Below, one piece after another: positions 18,507-27,630 of a stretch of DNA of 64,000 bases. Origin of the DNA: Bacteroidota bacterium. Its GTDB lineage: Bacteria > Bacteroidota > Bacteroidia > Bacteroidales > JAGONC01. How positions within the stretch are numbered: position 1 is the stretch's first letter; every line of letters begins with the position of its first letter. A program made the translations under genes and the position numbers. The stretch is taken from positions 70,349 to 134,348 of the forward strand of contig JAKLFC010000010.1 in assembly GCA_022711405.1 (NCBI GenBank), in the 5' to 3' direction. The notes beneath the pieces were generated by a model that saw nothing but the letters and a program-made list of their open reading frames with translations, searched no databases and was not told the DNA's origin.

Positions 18507-19843
18507 AGACGTTTATCATCTCCGTACTTGTTTTATCGTCTGTCTGCCTGTATGCGGAGGATCCTCCAGACTTCGTGGAGGTGGACACGACCACCTATGG
18601 GTATTACGCCAGAAAGCAATGGAATGAACTGGTCGAAGCAGGGAACAGGTATCTGAAGTATGGATTTGATTACTATTACCTCAGGATGCGGATCGGAGTG
18701 GCTCATTATGAGCTGCAGAACTATATCAGGGCAGCTGACCATTTCACACGGGCGTTGAAATTCAATGAAGGAGATACTGCTGTACTTGCTCTGTTATATT
18801 ACTCCTATCTTCAGCTCAACAGGACAGATGCTGCTGACAGGGTACTGGGTATGCTGCCTGTGGAAGAAGCCCGGAAATTCCGGTCGGGAAAGTTCAGCTT
18901 CCTGGAAATGGTCTACCTGGAGACCGGTCCACTGATCTCTTCGGGAACGTCGGACAACAGCCGGATGAACCTGGATGGAACCGATGATGTCTATGGAGAG
19001 ATCGATCACCTGATCAGAAATTCATATTACAATGGATTGGGACTTGTGACAAGGCTTGCTCCCTCCGTGAGACTGCAGCTAAGTTATATGGATCTCTTTC
19101 AGGGCAGGACTGCCCAGGTGATGACAGGCGATTCCCTGATCTTTGACAAGGATCACTCCCTTCAGCAGCACCAGTTCTACATCAGCCCATCTTTCCGCTT
19201 TGGAAAGGGATTTTCGGTGATACCTGCCTTTCATTACCTTGACATTACCTACGACCAGCTGCATGTTCAGTACAGTCAGGAAACAAAGAATTATTCGTTT
19301 GATATGGACACCGTCCATCAGAGGGATTACCTGGCGTCCCTCTGCCTGAACAAGGACCTGTCACTGGTGAGCCTGACGCTGACAGGGACGTACGCAAGGC
19401 TCAACATGTTCGATCATTACCAGGCGGAAATTGCCCTCACGTATTACCCCAGGGGAAACCTGGATTTTTATTCCCAAACCATCGGACGGTATATTCATGG
19501 AAGGGAAGACCACTTCCATTTTGCCGAAACTGCCGGGCTGAAGATCAGCAAGGGATTGTGGATGGAAGTATCGGCCACGTTCGGGGAAGCGGCCGAGTTT
19601 TTTGAAAAAAACGGGTACATTGTGTATAACCTGCCTGAGGACATGTTGTTGAAATGGGGTTTCCAGCCCTATTACCAGATCTCGGATCGGTTGCTTGTCA
19701 GTGTGAAATATGAGAACCTGTATCGGGAAAGCAGGTTTCTGCAATATGATTATGAAGAGAATTCAGGGCAGTACCTGCAGGTATATAAACCATTCACGTA
19801 TCATCAACATCTCATCATCGGAATTTTAAAATTGAACCTATGA
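18497..19843 (+). CDS. Secreted envelope protein with N-terminal TPR-like region (possible outer-membrane barrel)
   Basis: 448 aa with a signal peptide. It has TPR-like helices near the N-terminus and an alternating aromatic/polar pattern in the C-terminal two-thirds. It overlaps both neighbours. Confidence 0.45.
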   Translation: MHLKTFIISVLVLSSVCLYAEDPPDFVEVDTTTYGYYARKQWNELVEAGNRYLKYGFDYYYLRMRIGVAHYELQNYIRAADHFTRALKFNEGDTAVLALLYYSYLQLNRTDAADRVLGMLPVEEARKFRSGKFSFLEMVYLETGPLISSGTSDNSRMNLDGTDDVYGEIDHLIRNSYYNGLGLVTRLAPSVRLQLSYMDLFQGRTAQVMTGDSLIFDKDHSLQQHQFYISPSFRFGKGFSVIPAFHYLDITYDQLHVQYSQETKNYSFDMDTVHQRDYLASLCLNKDLSLVSLTLTGTYARLNMFDHYQAEIALTYYPRGNLDFYSQTIGRYIHGREDHFHFAETAGLKISKGLWMEVSATFGEAAEFFEKNGYIVYNLPEDMLLKWGFQPYYQISDRLLVSVKYENLYRESRFLQYDYEENSGQYLQVYKPFTYHQHLIIGILKLNL

Positions 19844-20463
19844 GCAATTTGCGTAAATTAACGGGACTGGTCCTGCTGGTGATCATGCTCCCGGCCATGA
19901 ACAGGGCACAGGATTACCCTGCGATGCAGCAGGCCTTTGGTACGAGCTACAGCTATGAAAACAAGGGAGAGTATGCCAAAGCCATTGAAGAACTGAAAAA
20001 GATCTATCTTGAAGATTCCTACGAAATCAACATCCGGCTGGGCTGGTTGTCGTATTTAGCCGGGGCGTTCACCGAGTCGTCGGCCTACTACGAAAGGGCC
20101 ATTGCACTGATGCCCATGTCGATCGAAGCCCGGATGGGATTTGCCCTTCCCTCATCGGCCATGGGCAACTGGACGCTCCTCATTAAACGATACGAAGAGA
20201 TCCTTTCCATTGACCCGAACCATTCCATAACGAACTACCGGCTGGCCTCCATCTATTACAACCGGAAGGAGTATCAGAAAGCCTTTATCTATCTTGAGAA
20301 AATTGCCAACCATTATCCGTATGATTATGATATTGCAATCCTGTTTGCATGGACCAATTATCAGCTCGGAAAACTGCGGGAAGCTAAGGTGTTATTCAAC
20401 AAGGCCCTTTTAATCAGACCACTGGATGGTTCTGCGCTGGAGGGACTGAAGCTGATCCAGTAA
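19840..20463 (+). CDS. Secreted TPR-repeat protein
   Basis: 207 aa with a signal peptide and repeated A..Y..A. TPR patterns. Confidence 0.65.
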   Translation: MSNLRKLTGLVLLVIMLPAMNRAQDYPAMQQAFGTSYSYENKGEYAKAIEELKKIYLEDSYEINIRLGWLSYLAGAFTESSAYYERAIALMPMSIEARMGFALPSSAMGNWTLLIKRYEEILSIDPNHSITNYRLASIYYNRKEYQKAFIYLEKIANHYPYDYDIAILFAWTNYQLGKLREAKVLFNKALLIRPLDGSALEGLKLIQ

Positions 20464-20475
20464 TCCGGTGGTATG

Positions 20476-21171
20476 TCATCCTGTAATGCTGATGCTGATC
20501 AGTTTTTCCTTATTGAGGATACTGAAATCAAGCCCTTCCACAGCCAGAATGCCGCTATCCTTGAATTCTTTGATGATCCTTATAGCACTTTCTTTGGTCA
20601 TGGCTGACAGGTCAGCAATATCCTGCCTGGAAAGCTCAGTGTGGAACGAATCGGTGCCATAGACATGGTTGGAAAGGTAGAGCAGCGTTTCTGCCAGCCT
20701 TCCCGGCATCTGCTTCATGGTCAGGGTGACCATACGGTCAAAATTTTCGATCATCTGTTTATTGATCATTCTCAGCAATTCGAAGGCAAACTGGTTGTTC
20801 CGGATGATCGTTTTATTGAACGCTTCAATATCGATCAGGCATGCATAACAATCTGTGATGGCTCTGACCGAGTAATGCAGTTTATTGTCGACAAACAGGC
20901 CAGGTCCGGACGCTATTTCAGTGGGTTTCAGGATACGCAGAATCAGCTTGCGTTTACGCAGGCCCTCGATGTAAATGTTCGCCGATCCTTTGGTAAGGCA
21001 GACAATATGTGTCAGAGGGGCTCCCTGTTTCAGAATGATCTCACCTGCGTTAAAGCTTACCTCGTGCCGGTTCGCATCCATCATGCATAGTTCATCATCA
21101 GTGAGATGATTGAACAGAGGTATCTTCCAGTGACAGGAACTGCATGATAAACGATTGATAAATTCAGGCAT
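20476..21171 (-). CDS. Crp/Fnr-family transcription regulator with N-terminal Cys cluster (FNR-like)
   Basis: 231 aa with N-terminal CSSCHWK...C, a cNMP-binding-like barrel, and a C-terminal HTH (RQDIADLSAMTKESAIRIIKEF). Confidence 0.8.
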   Translation of the reverse strand: MPEFINRLSCSSCHWKIPLFNHLTDDELCMMDANRHEVSFNAGEIILKQGAPLTHIVCLTKGSANIYIEGLRKRKLILRILKPTEIASGPGLFVDNKLHYSVRAITDCYACLIDIEAFNKTIIRNNQFAFELLRMINKQMIENFDRMVTLTMKQMPGRLAETLLYLSNHVYGTDSFHTELSRQDIADLSAMTKESAIRIIKEFKDSGILAVEGLDFSILNKEKLISISITG

Positions 21172-21233
21172 ATCGGATGATCAACTTTCTTTTACAAAGA
21201 TTATTAAATCTTCTGTAATAAATCAATAGTTTG

Positions 21234-21247
21234 TTGATATATATCAT
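21234..21247. promoter_or_regulatory. FNR/CRP-type box TTGAT-ATAT-ATCAT in the divergent promoter region
   Basis: Read directly. It matches 9 of 10 half-site positions of TTGAT-N4-ATCAA. It lies in the AT-rich 196-bp gap between the fnr-like gene and the cytochrome operon. Related ATATATCA(A/T)T words recur at about 21261 and 21283. Confidence 0.3.
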
Positions 21248-21367
21248 TATAATTATATAGATATATCAATAAATCCTTATTATATATCATTCATAACAGA
21301 TTTATATGTAAATATATTTATAGTAATATTGGTCATTATTTCAAACTTACCTTAAAATTTCTTCATT

Positions 21368-22426
21368 ATGAAAAGAAAGGGATTCTTGACATTTTTAATG
21401 TCTGCCTTTGTGGTCGCTGTTTTTGTGATGTCGGGATGTACCAAAGAAGGTCCTCCGGGCCCTGCGGGTCCCAAAGGGGAAGACGGGATCAACGGTAACG
21501 ATGGGACAGTAGGTTGCATCCAGTGCCATAATTCGGATCAGACATTAGCAGCACTCACTATGCAGTGGGAGTACTCGGTTCACGCTACAGGAGGAAATTT
21601 TGAAAGGAATACTACTTCCTGTGCGCCGTGTCATACGAGCCAGGGCTTTCTGGAACGAATGGCCGCAGGAACCCAGGTCACAGCCGAAGACATTGCCAAT
21701 CCCAATCCCCCCAATTGCTACACCTGTCATAATATTCACAAGACCTACACGGTCGATGACTGGGCTCTTACGTACGCAGATCCGATAACCCTCTGGTATC
21801 CTGCCGGAGCAGAGGCAGTGGATTATGGAAAGGGGAATATTTGCGGCAACTGCCATCAGGCAAGGATCGTCAACCCGGTACCGGTTCCCGGAAGCGGTGT
21901 TACCTACAAGTTGACGAACAGCAGGTATGGCACACACCATTCTCCTGTGGCTAACATGCTGGCAGGATTGGGTGGTTATGAAAAGGAAGACTACGATAAC
22001 TCCCCTCACGGATCACTGGTAGAGGACGGATGCGTCACCTGTCATATGGCTGATGCGTACGGCTGGCAGGCAGGAGGTCATACAACAAAAATAGAATATG
22101 ACTATCACGGTTCCATCGAAGTCAATTTTGCAGGATGTACCACCTGTCACAGCGATGAGGATAAGCTTGCAACGGAACTGGAAGAAATCCAGACGGAAAT
22201 CGCAGGCATGATCGACAACCTACGCACGATCCTCAAGGACAGGGGGTATCTGGGCGATGATGACCTTTTCCTGGCCTCCAGTGGCTCGCCCCTGAACCTG
22301 ACTGCAGATGAACTGGGTGCCTGTCTTAATTTCCAGATGGTCCTCGAAGATAAAAGCAATGGGGTTCATAATTATCAATATTCCAAGAAACTGCTTGAGG
22401 AATCCATTTCCGATTTAAGCAAATAA
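21368..22426 (+). CDS. Hexahaem c-type cytochrome lipoprotein with collagen-like Gly-X-Y linker
   Basis: 352 aa with a lipobox (MSGC) followed by GPPGPAGPKGEDGINGNDG. Six CxxCH motifs: CIQCH, CAPCH, CYTCH, CGNCH, CVTCH, CTTCH. Confidence 0.85.
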   Translation: MKRKGFLTFLMSAFVVAVFVMSGCTKEGPPGPAGPKGEDGINGNDGTVGCIQCHNSDQTLAALTMQWEYSVHATGGNFERNTTSCAPCHTSQGFLERMAAGTQVTAEDIANPNPPNCYTCHNIHKTYTVDDWALTYADPITLWYPAGAEAVDYGKGNICGNCHQARIVNPVPVPGSGVTYKLTNSRYGTHHSPVANMLAGLGGYEKEDYDNSPHGSLVEDGCVTCHMADAYGWQAGGHTTKIEYDYHGSIEVNFAGCTTCHSDEDKLATELEEIQTEIAGMIDNLRTILKDRGYLGDDDLFLASSGSPLNLTADELGACLNFQMVLEDKSNGVHNYQYSKKLLEESISDLSK

Positions 22427-22510
22427 AATTAGAAAAGAAGGAATACACATGGCTTCATCAAGCGATGCCTTCCTTTTACTATGATAGCCTTCTTTCAAAA
22501 TACCCATGCG

Positions 22511-22891
22511 ATGAAAAAAATTCTGATTGTCCCGGTGCTGATAGGACTTGGCTTGCTGCTTCTCCTTACTTCCTGTGAATATGAGTTCATTGATTCCGAA
22601 CCTGAATCCTCCGACACTGCGAACGTTTCTTTCAAAACGGATATCCTGCCCATCTTCAACACCAACGACAACTGCACATCCTGTCATAAAACAGGATTTA
22701 CTCCTCCTGATCTGACGGAGTCCAATGCGTACAACAGCATCATTTCCACCGGTCTGGTTGATCTTGCAACACCAAAGAACAGCAAGATCTACAAAGTACC
22801 CGGTTCATCCGATCACGCCTGGAAGTCCTATACACAATCACAAAGTTCCAAAGTGTTGAACTGGATCAACCAGGGTGCTCCGGACAATTAG
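22511..22891 (+). CDS. Small monohaem c-type cytochrome-domain lipoprotein
   Basis: Start chosen at MKKILIV (residue 11 of ORF 22481..22891). It has a lipobox (LLTSC) and DILPIFNTNDNCTSCH, typical of the ILPI...CxxCH cytochrome domain. Confidence 0.7.
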   Translation: MKKILIVPVLIGLGLLLLLTSCEYEFIDSEPESSDTANVSFKTDILPIFNTNDNCTSCHKTGFTPPDLTESNAYNSIISTGLVDLATPKNSKIYKVPGSSDHAWKSYTQSQSSKVLNWINQGAPDN

Positions 22892-22919
22892 CCAATTAAC
22901 GTTTAATCCTGTACAGATC

Positions 22920-23795
22920 ATGAAAAAGCTGGGCATCTATCTGATCATATCTCTTCTGATCGTCACTCTGGTCAAAGGCCAGGACTCGGTACCGGTCCAA
23001 AAGGACAAACCCATCCGGTCACCTTTTGAAAGCGGAATGCTGATTGACAATGAGACCATGGTGATCCCGACGGCAAAAACGCTTGAACTGGTCATCCAGC
23101 ATCGCTTTGGAGAAATGAGCAACGGCATGGAGGATTTTTACGGCATCTGGGCTCCCTCTAACATCCGGCTGGGTTTCAATTACAGCATACTGAATACCCT
23201 GATGGTGGGCGTTGGCACTTCCAAAGATTACCGTCTCCAGGATTTCCGTATGAAATACAATCTGCTTCAACAAACCCGTTCCGATAAAATTCCCCTGAGT
23301 ATCACCCTGTATGGCAATTTTGCCATCGATGCCCGAAATCAGGATGTATTCGAAGGGTACTCGAGTCCTTATGAGTTGATTGATCGTTTCTCCTATTTTG
23401 GTGAACTAATCCTCACCCGGAAATTTTCAGATATCTTTACGTTACAGTTATCCGGAAGTTTCTCCCATATCAACAAAGTGCCCGAAGGAATTGAACATGA
23501 TAAAATAGGTCTTTCCTTTGCAGGAAGGTTTAAAATTTCTCCGCAGTCTTCCATCCTGTTCCAGTATGACATTCCGCTTGACTGTGAAAAAATGAAAGAA
23601 AACGCAGTGCTGATGAATGTTAAGCCCAATTTTGGAGTTGCCTGGGAAATTGCCACGTCCTCTCATGCCTTCCAGATAACCCTCAGTTCAGCAAAACTTC
23701 TGAGCCGTCAGTATGATATGATCTATAATGAATATGACTGGACAGAAGGAGATATCATGCTGGGATTTAATATGACACGCCTGTGGAGCTTCTAA
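22920..23795 (+). CDS. Putative outer-membrane beta-barrel protein (DUF5777-like)
   Basis: Start chosen at MKKLGIYLI, with a signal peptide. About 290 aa with alternating-residue strands and a terminal aromatic (...MTRLWSF). Confidence 0.55.
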   Translation: MKKLGIYLIISLLIVTLVKGQDSVPVQKDKPIRSPFESGMLIDNETMVIPTAKTLELVIQHRFGEMSNGMEDFYGIWAPSNIRLGFNYSILNTLMVGVGTSKDYRLQDFRMKYNLLQQTRSDKIPLSITLYGNFAIDARNQDVFEGYSSPYELIDRFSYFGELILTRKFSDIFTLQLSGSFSHINKVPEGIEHDKIGLSFAGRFKISPQSSILFQYDIPLDCEKMKENAVLMNVKPNFGVAWEIATSSHAFQITLSSAKLLSRQYDMIYNEYDWTEGDIMLGFNMTRLWSF

Positions 23796-23848
23796 TGGGG
23801 CACTTTATTTACTAACAGAATGAATTTTTATTTTTAAATGATACGACT

Positions 23849-24274
23849 ATGAAAAACAAAAATCTTTTAACAGTGGCAGTTGTATTCCTGGGGGCACTCC
23901 TGCTGGTTGCATTCACGATTCCTCAGGATCAGAAGAAGGGTGGTCCCTGGAACATACCTGACAAGTACAAAACCATGAAGAATCCCTATACAGGGAATGC
24001 TGATTTGACCAATGTCGGTAAAATGCTCTATGCCAAACATTGCAAAAGCTGTCATGGCAACGTGGGACTTGGAGATGGCCCCAAGGCTGCGACCCTTGCC
24101 ACAAACTGCGGTGATTTATCTTCAGCCACCTGGCAGAAAGCCAACAGTGACGGTGCCCTTTATTACATGTCCATTATCGGCAGGGATGAAATGCCCAATT
24201 TCGAAAGCAAGATCCCTGAAGAAGAAGACCGCTGGGCAGTCGTTAACTTTCTCAGGACACTGACGGCCAAGTAG
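23849..24274 (+). CDS. Class I monohaem cytochrome c
   Basis: 141 aa with a signal peptide, CKSCHG, and a distal Met region (GRDEMPNF). Confidence 0.85.
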   Translation: MKNKNLLTVAVVFLGALLLVAFTIPQDQKKGGPWNIPDKYKTMKNPYTGNADLTNVGKMLYAKHCKSCHGNVGLGDGPKAATLATNCGDLSSATWQKANSDGALYYMSIIGRDEMPNFESKIPEEEDRWAVVNFLRTLTAK

Positions 24275-24313
24275 CAACGGTTAATTGACCGATTATGGTG
24301 CTTTTTCTGGCTC

Positions 24314-25414
24314 TTGCCGGATCAGGCACCTTTCCGTTTATTGTCAGAAAGCTTAAAAAGAGGAATCATAGTGAAAAGCCATTTGATTACTGGCCTGATC
24401 CTTATCATCAGTCCTGGCATTTTTGCACAGGAGCCGGGTAGCAATCCCGCCCCTAAATTTGTGTCCGAAAATATAGAATGTCTTCAGTGTCACGGCAGAA
24501 AAACGTATTTTTACCACAATGAATGGACGGATATGATGGTGAAGGAAAGGATGAATCCTTATTACATCATTGACTCGGCATTGTTCTATGCATCTAATCA
24601 CCGGAATTTTAAATGCACGGACTGTCATTCGTCTGAATATCAATCATTTCCTCATTCGGGTTTGCTGAGAATGGAGCTCGGCTATACCTGTATGGATTGT
24701 CACGGTGGAGATGAGAATTTTGCAGATTTTCAATTTGAAAGGATCGAGGAGGAATTTATCCACAGCGTCCATTCGACACGACACAGCGAAGATTTCACCT
24801 GCTGGATGTGCCATAATCCTCATACGTACCGCATCAGCGCCAGAAGGGACCTCATCCCTGATGTAGTGGCCTATGATAATGAGATTTGTCTGAGCTGCCA
24901 TGCCAACATCAATAAATTCCAGCTTTTAACGGATAAAATAAATCCCGGTATCCTGGAAAAGCATGAATGGTTACCCAATCAGAAACTGCACTTTTTAAGT
25001 GTGAGATGCATTGAATGTCATGCTGAACAGGAAAACGACATGCTGGTGGCCCATAACATAAAATCAAAGGAAGAAGCCGTCAGACTCTGCGCAAACTGCC
25101 ACTCACAGAACTCACTGCTGTTCACTTCCCTCTATAAGTACCAGCTTAAGGAGAGCCGCCGTGAAAAAGGATTCCTTGCTGCAATGGCTTTACAGTGGAG
25201 AAAAAATAACCTGATTACAGCAATGGATTCAATAGCAGAAGTCAATGATAGGAATGAATCCACCGATGGATCCGTTGCATCTGTCGTCCCGCCTTTTATC
25301 ATTGGTTCCGGAAGCAATCCCCTGATGAACCTGATCAGCCTGATCCTGTTCTTTTCGGGGCTCCTGGCAGTTATGGTCCATGTCATTTTACGTATCATCT
25401 ATAAAACAAGCTGA
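24314..25414 (+). CDS. Heptahaem c-type cytochrome with C-terminal membrane anchor
   Basis: Seven CxxCH motifs (CLQCH, CTDCH, CMDCH, CWMCH, CLSCH, CIECH, CANCH) and a hydrophobic C-terminal helix (LISLILFFSGLLAVMVHVIL). Confidence 0.8.
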   Translation: MPDQAPFRLLSESLKRGIIVKSHLITGLILIISPGIFAQEPGSNPAPKFVSENIECLQCHGRKTYFYHNEWTDMMVKERMNPYYIIDSALFYASNHRNFKCTDCHSSEYQSFPHSGLLRMELGYTCMDCHGGDENFADFQFERIEEEFIHSVHSTRHSEDFTCWMCHNPHTYRISARRDLIPDVVAYDNEICLSCHANINKFQLLTDKINPGILEKHEWLPNQKLHFLSVRCIECHAEQENDMLVAHNIKSKEEAVRLCANCHSQNSLLFTSLYKYQLKESRREKGFLAAMALQWRKNNLITAMDSIAEVNDRNESTDGSVASVVPPFIIGSGSNPLMNLISLILFFSGLLAVMVHVILRIIYKTS

Positions 25415-26036
25415 TCGGATGTCGGAGTACTATTATTTCTACCCCAAATGGCTCAGGTTATGGCATGTTTTGAACGCCCTTTTATGTCTGGCGTTGATTG
25501 TCACAGGGGTCAGCATGCAATATACCACGCATGTCAACTCGCTCATCCGTTTTGACATCGCCGTCAATATCCATAATTATTGTGGTGTTGCCCTCACGGC
25601 AACCTATTTTCTTTTCTTTGGCGGAAATCTGCTCACCAGCAATGGCAGGCATTACCTGCTGAAAAGAAAAGGGATATTCAGGGATATCATCAAGCAGTTC
25701 CATTATTATTCTCTCGGGATCTTTAAAAAACGACAACCCCCCTTCCCCTTGAACGAAAACCGGAAATTCAATCCTTTACAGCAGTTCAGCTATGTAATCA
25801 TCATGTACATCTGTATGCCTTTCATCTTTATTACCGGTTGGGCTTTACTGTTTCCCGAGGTCATTCTGGAGAAGTTTCTGGGTTTTGATGGGCTACAGAT
25901 GACTGATTTTTTTCATATCGTACTGGGCTTCATCATCACCCTTTTCCTGATCATACATATTTATTTCAGTACGATCGGGATCCGGAAATCCAATAATTTC
26001 ATCAGCATTATAACGGGCTGGCACCGCTCCCACTAA
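25380..26036 (+). CDS. Membrane b-type cytochrome (Ni/Fe-hydrogenase/FdnI-type cytochrome b family)
   Basis: 218 aa, or starting at MSEYYY around 25419. It has four hydrophobic helices, an N-terminal PKWLRLWHVLNA signature and conserved His residues in the helices. Confidence 0.7.
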   Translation: MSFYVSSIKQADRMSEYYYFYPKWLRLWHVLNALLCLALIVTGVSMQYTTHVNSLIRFDIAVNIHNYCGVALTATYFLFFGGNLLTSNGRHYLLKRKGIFRDIIKQFHYYSLGIFKKRQPPFPLNENRKFNPLQQFSYVIIMYICMPFIFITGWALLFPEVILEKFLGFDGLQMTDFFHIVLGFIITLFLIIHIYFSTIGIRKSNNFISIITGWHRSH

Positions 26037-26045
26037 GGCATGACC

Positions 26046-27572
26046 TTAATAGAGTTCCCGGTGACACTCCGAACAAAGCTTCTCTTTCCATGCCTGCCTG
26101 TTGTCGTTCAGGTGATGAAACTCGAGGGATTCACCATTGACAGAGGTTTGCATGTTATCCGGTGTCCCCTGTGAGAGGATGTGGTGGCAATTGTTGCAAT
26201 CTCTTGAAATAACGGCGCCATCACTGCTTGTATGCCGGTTATTGTGGCAGCGGAAACACCCGTCTGATTCCACATGACTGAGATGGTTGACATAAGCTTT
26301 CCAGGTCACTTTCATTTCAGGAAAGATATTCTTCCTGAATTCTCCCTGTATGCCGTTGATAGCCTGATCTACCATCTCCCCCTTACCTTCCGTGATCTCA
26401 GGGTACATCATTTCATAATAGGCCCTGACTTCACTGTCGAGGAGCAGCATGGCACTATCCTCGGTAGAGTACTCCTTGTGGTACAGCAGATCCATTGCAA
26501 GGAACTTGATGTCGGGCAATTCCCTGGGGATCTTGCCGGAAGTAAGGGCATCATTGATGAACGTGATCGGCGTGTTGTAATGATGAGAGGGCCTGTTATG
26601 GCAATCGATGCAATCCATGGTGCGAATTTCCAGTGTATCCAGCTGTCCTGTCTGCAATGGATTTTCTGAATCCTCATAAATAATTTTCTTTCCCGTTTTT
26701 TTATTGGTATACCTGACCCATGGGATGATTTCCCGATCCAGGGAAGTGGAAACATATTCAATGGTAACCTCCGGATTGATGTGCCAGTGGATACCTTCCA
26801 GAAGACCGAGCGAACTGTGTTCGGGGCCGATCTTCAGCATCAGGTTCATCGTCCATTCTGTATTGCTCCCATCGGCCAGGTAATGAACCTTTTTGACCAA
26901 CTGGTGGGCATAAAATTTCTCTGGCCAATGACATTCTTCGCAGGTTTCCCTGGCCGGACGTAAATTTTTGATGGGCGTCGGGATAGGTCGCGGATAAATA
27001 TTCAATAGGGTAGCATACACCTGGTATAATCCTGATAATTTCGATCGTACATACCAGTTCGCCCCTGTGCCTACATGACAGTCCACACATGCAACCCGCG
27101 CATGGGCGGAGTTTTGATAGGCCACATACTCTGGCTTCATCACCCTGTGACATAATGTGCCGCAGAATTTTACAGATTCAGTATAATGAAAAGCTTCATA
27201 ACTGCCCATTGCAGACAGGAGAAGAAAAAGAGTGGTGCCAATGGCAAACAGGGAAAATCCATTCCTGGTCCGTTGTTCGTTGAAATCAAAAATAGGCCAT
27301 CTTCTCACCCTGGATACCTCCCCCCGCTTATCCTTCCTGTGTTTACGGATCATGCCGATGGGAATGATGATCAGGCCAAGGACCAGAAATACAGGCAGTA
27401 CAATATAGATGACCAGACCCAGGTATGAACCGCTTTCCCTGTATATCAGGGAAATGATGAACAGAAAGATGATCATGAACAGACTGATCAATGCGATCGT
27501 GGCTCCAATGAGTGATGTCCAGTTGTAAAAGGATTTTGGGAGTTTCATTGTACCCTGTATTAATCCTTTCAA
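26046..27572 (-). CDS. Inner-membrane heptahaem cytochrome, NapC/NirT-related (ImcH-like architecture)
   Basis: 508 aa with three N-terminal TM helices. Haem motifs are CGTLCH (CX3CH), CVDCH, CEECH, CIDCH, CFRCH, CNNCH and CSECH. Confidence 0.7.
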   Translation of the reverse strand: MKGLIQGTMKLPKSFYNWTSLIGATIALISLFMIIFLFIISLIYRESGSYLGLVIYIVLPVFLVLGLIIIPIGMIRKHRKDKRGEVSRVRRWPIFDFNEQRTRNGFSLFAIGTTLFLLLSAMGSYEAFHYTESVKFCGTLCHRVMKPEYVAYQNSAHARVACVDCHVGTGANWYVRSKLSGLYQVYATLLNIYPRPIPTPIKNLRPARETCEECHWPEKFYAHQLVKKVHYLADGSNTEWTMNLMLKIGPEHSSLGLLEGIHWHINPEVTIEYVSTSLDREIIPWVRYTNKKTGKKIIYEDSENPLQTGQLDTLEIRTMDCIDCHNRPSHHYNTPITFINDALTSGKIPRELPDIKFLAMDLLYHKEYSTEDSAMLLLDSEVRAYYEMMYPEITEGKGEMVDQAINGIQGEFRKNIFPEMKVTWKAYVNHLSHVESDGCFRCHNNRHTSSDGAVISRDCNNCHHILSQGTPDNMQTSVNGESLEFHHLNDNRQAWKEKLCSECHRELY

Positions 27573-27630
27573 ATATAAAAAATAAAATATGATCGGACAA
27601 TGCGATGGATAGTTTGGAGCATGTCTAAAT

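Noticed and set aside
21440-21496. Collagen-like Gly-X-Y repeat as a sign of eukaryotic contamination or a separate collagen gene
   Set aside because: It is only about 7 triplets, lies directly after a bacterial lipobox and is continuous with six CxxCH motifs. It is best read as a flexible tether of the cytochrome.
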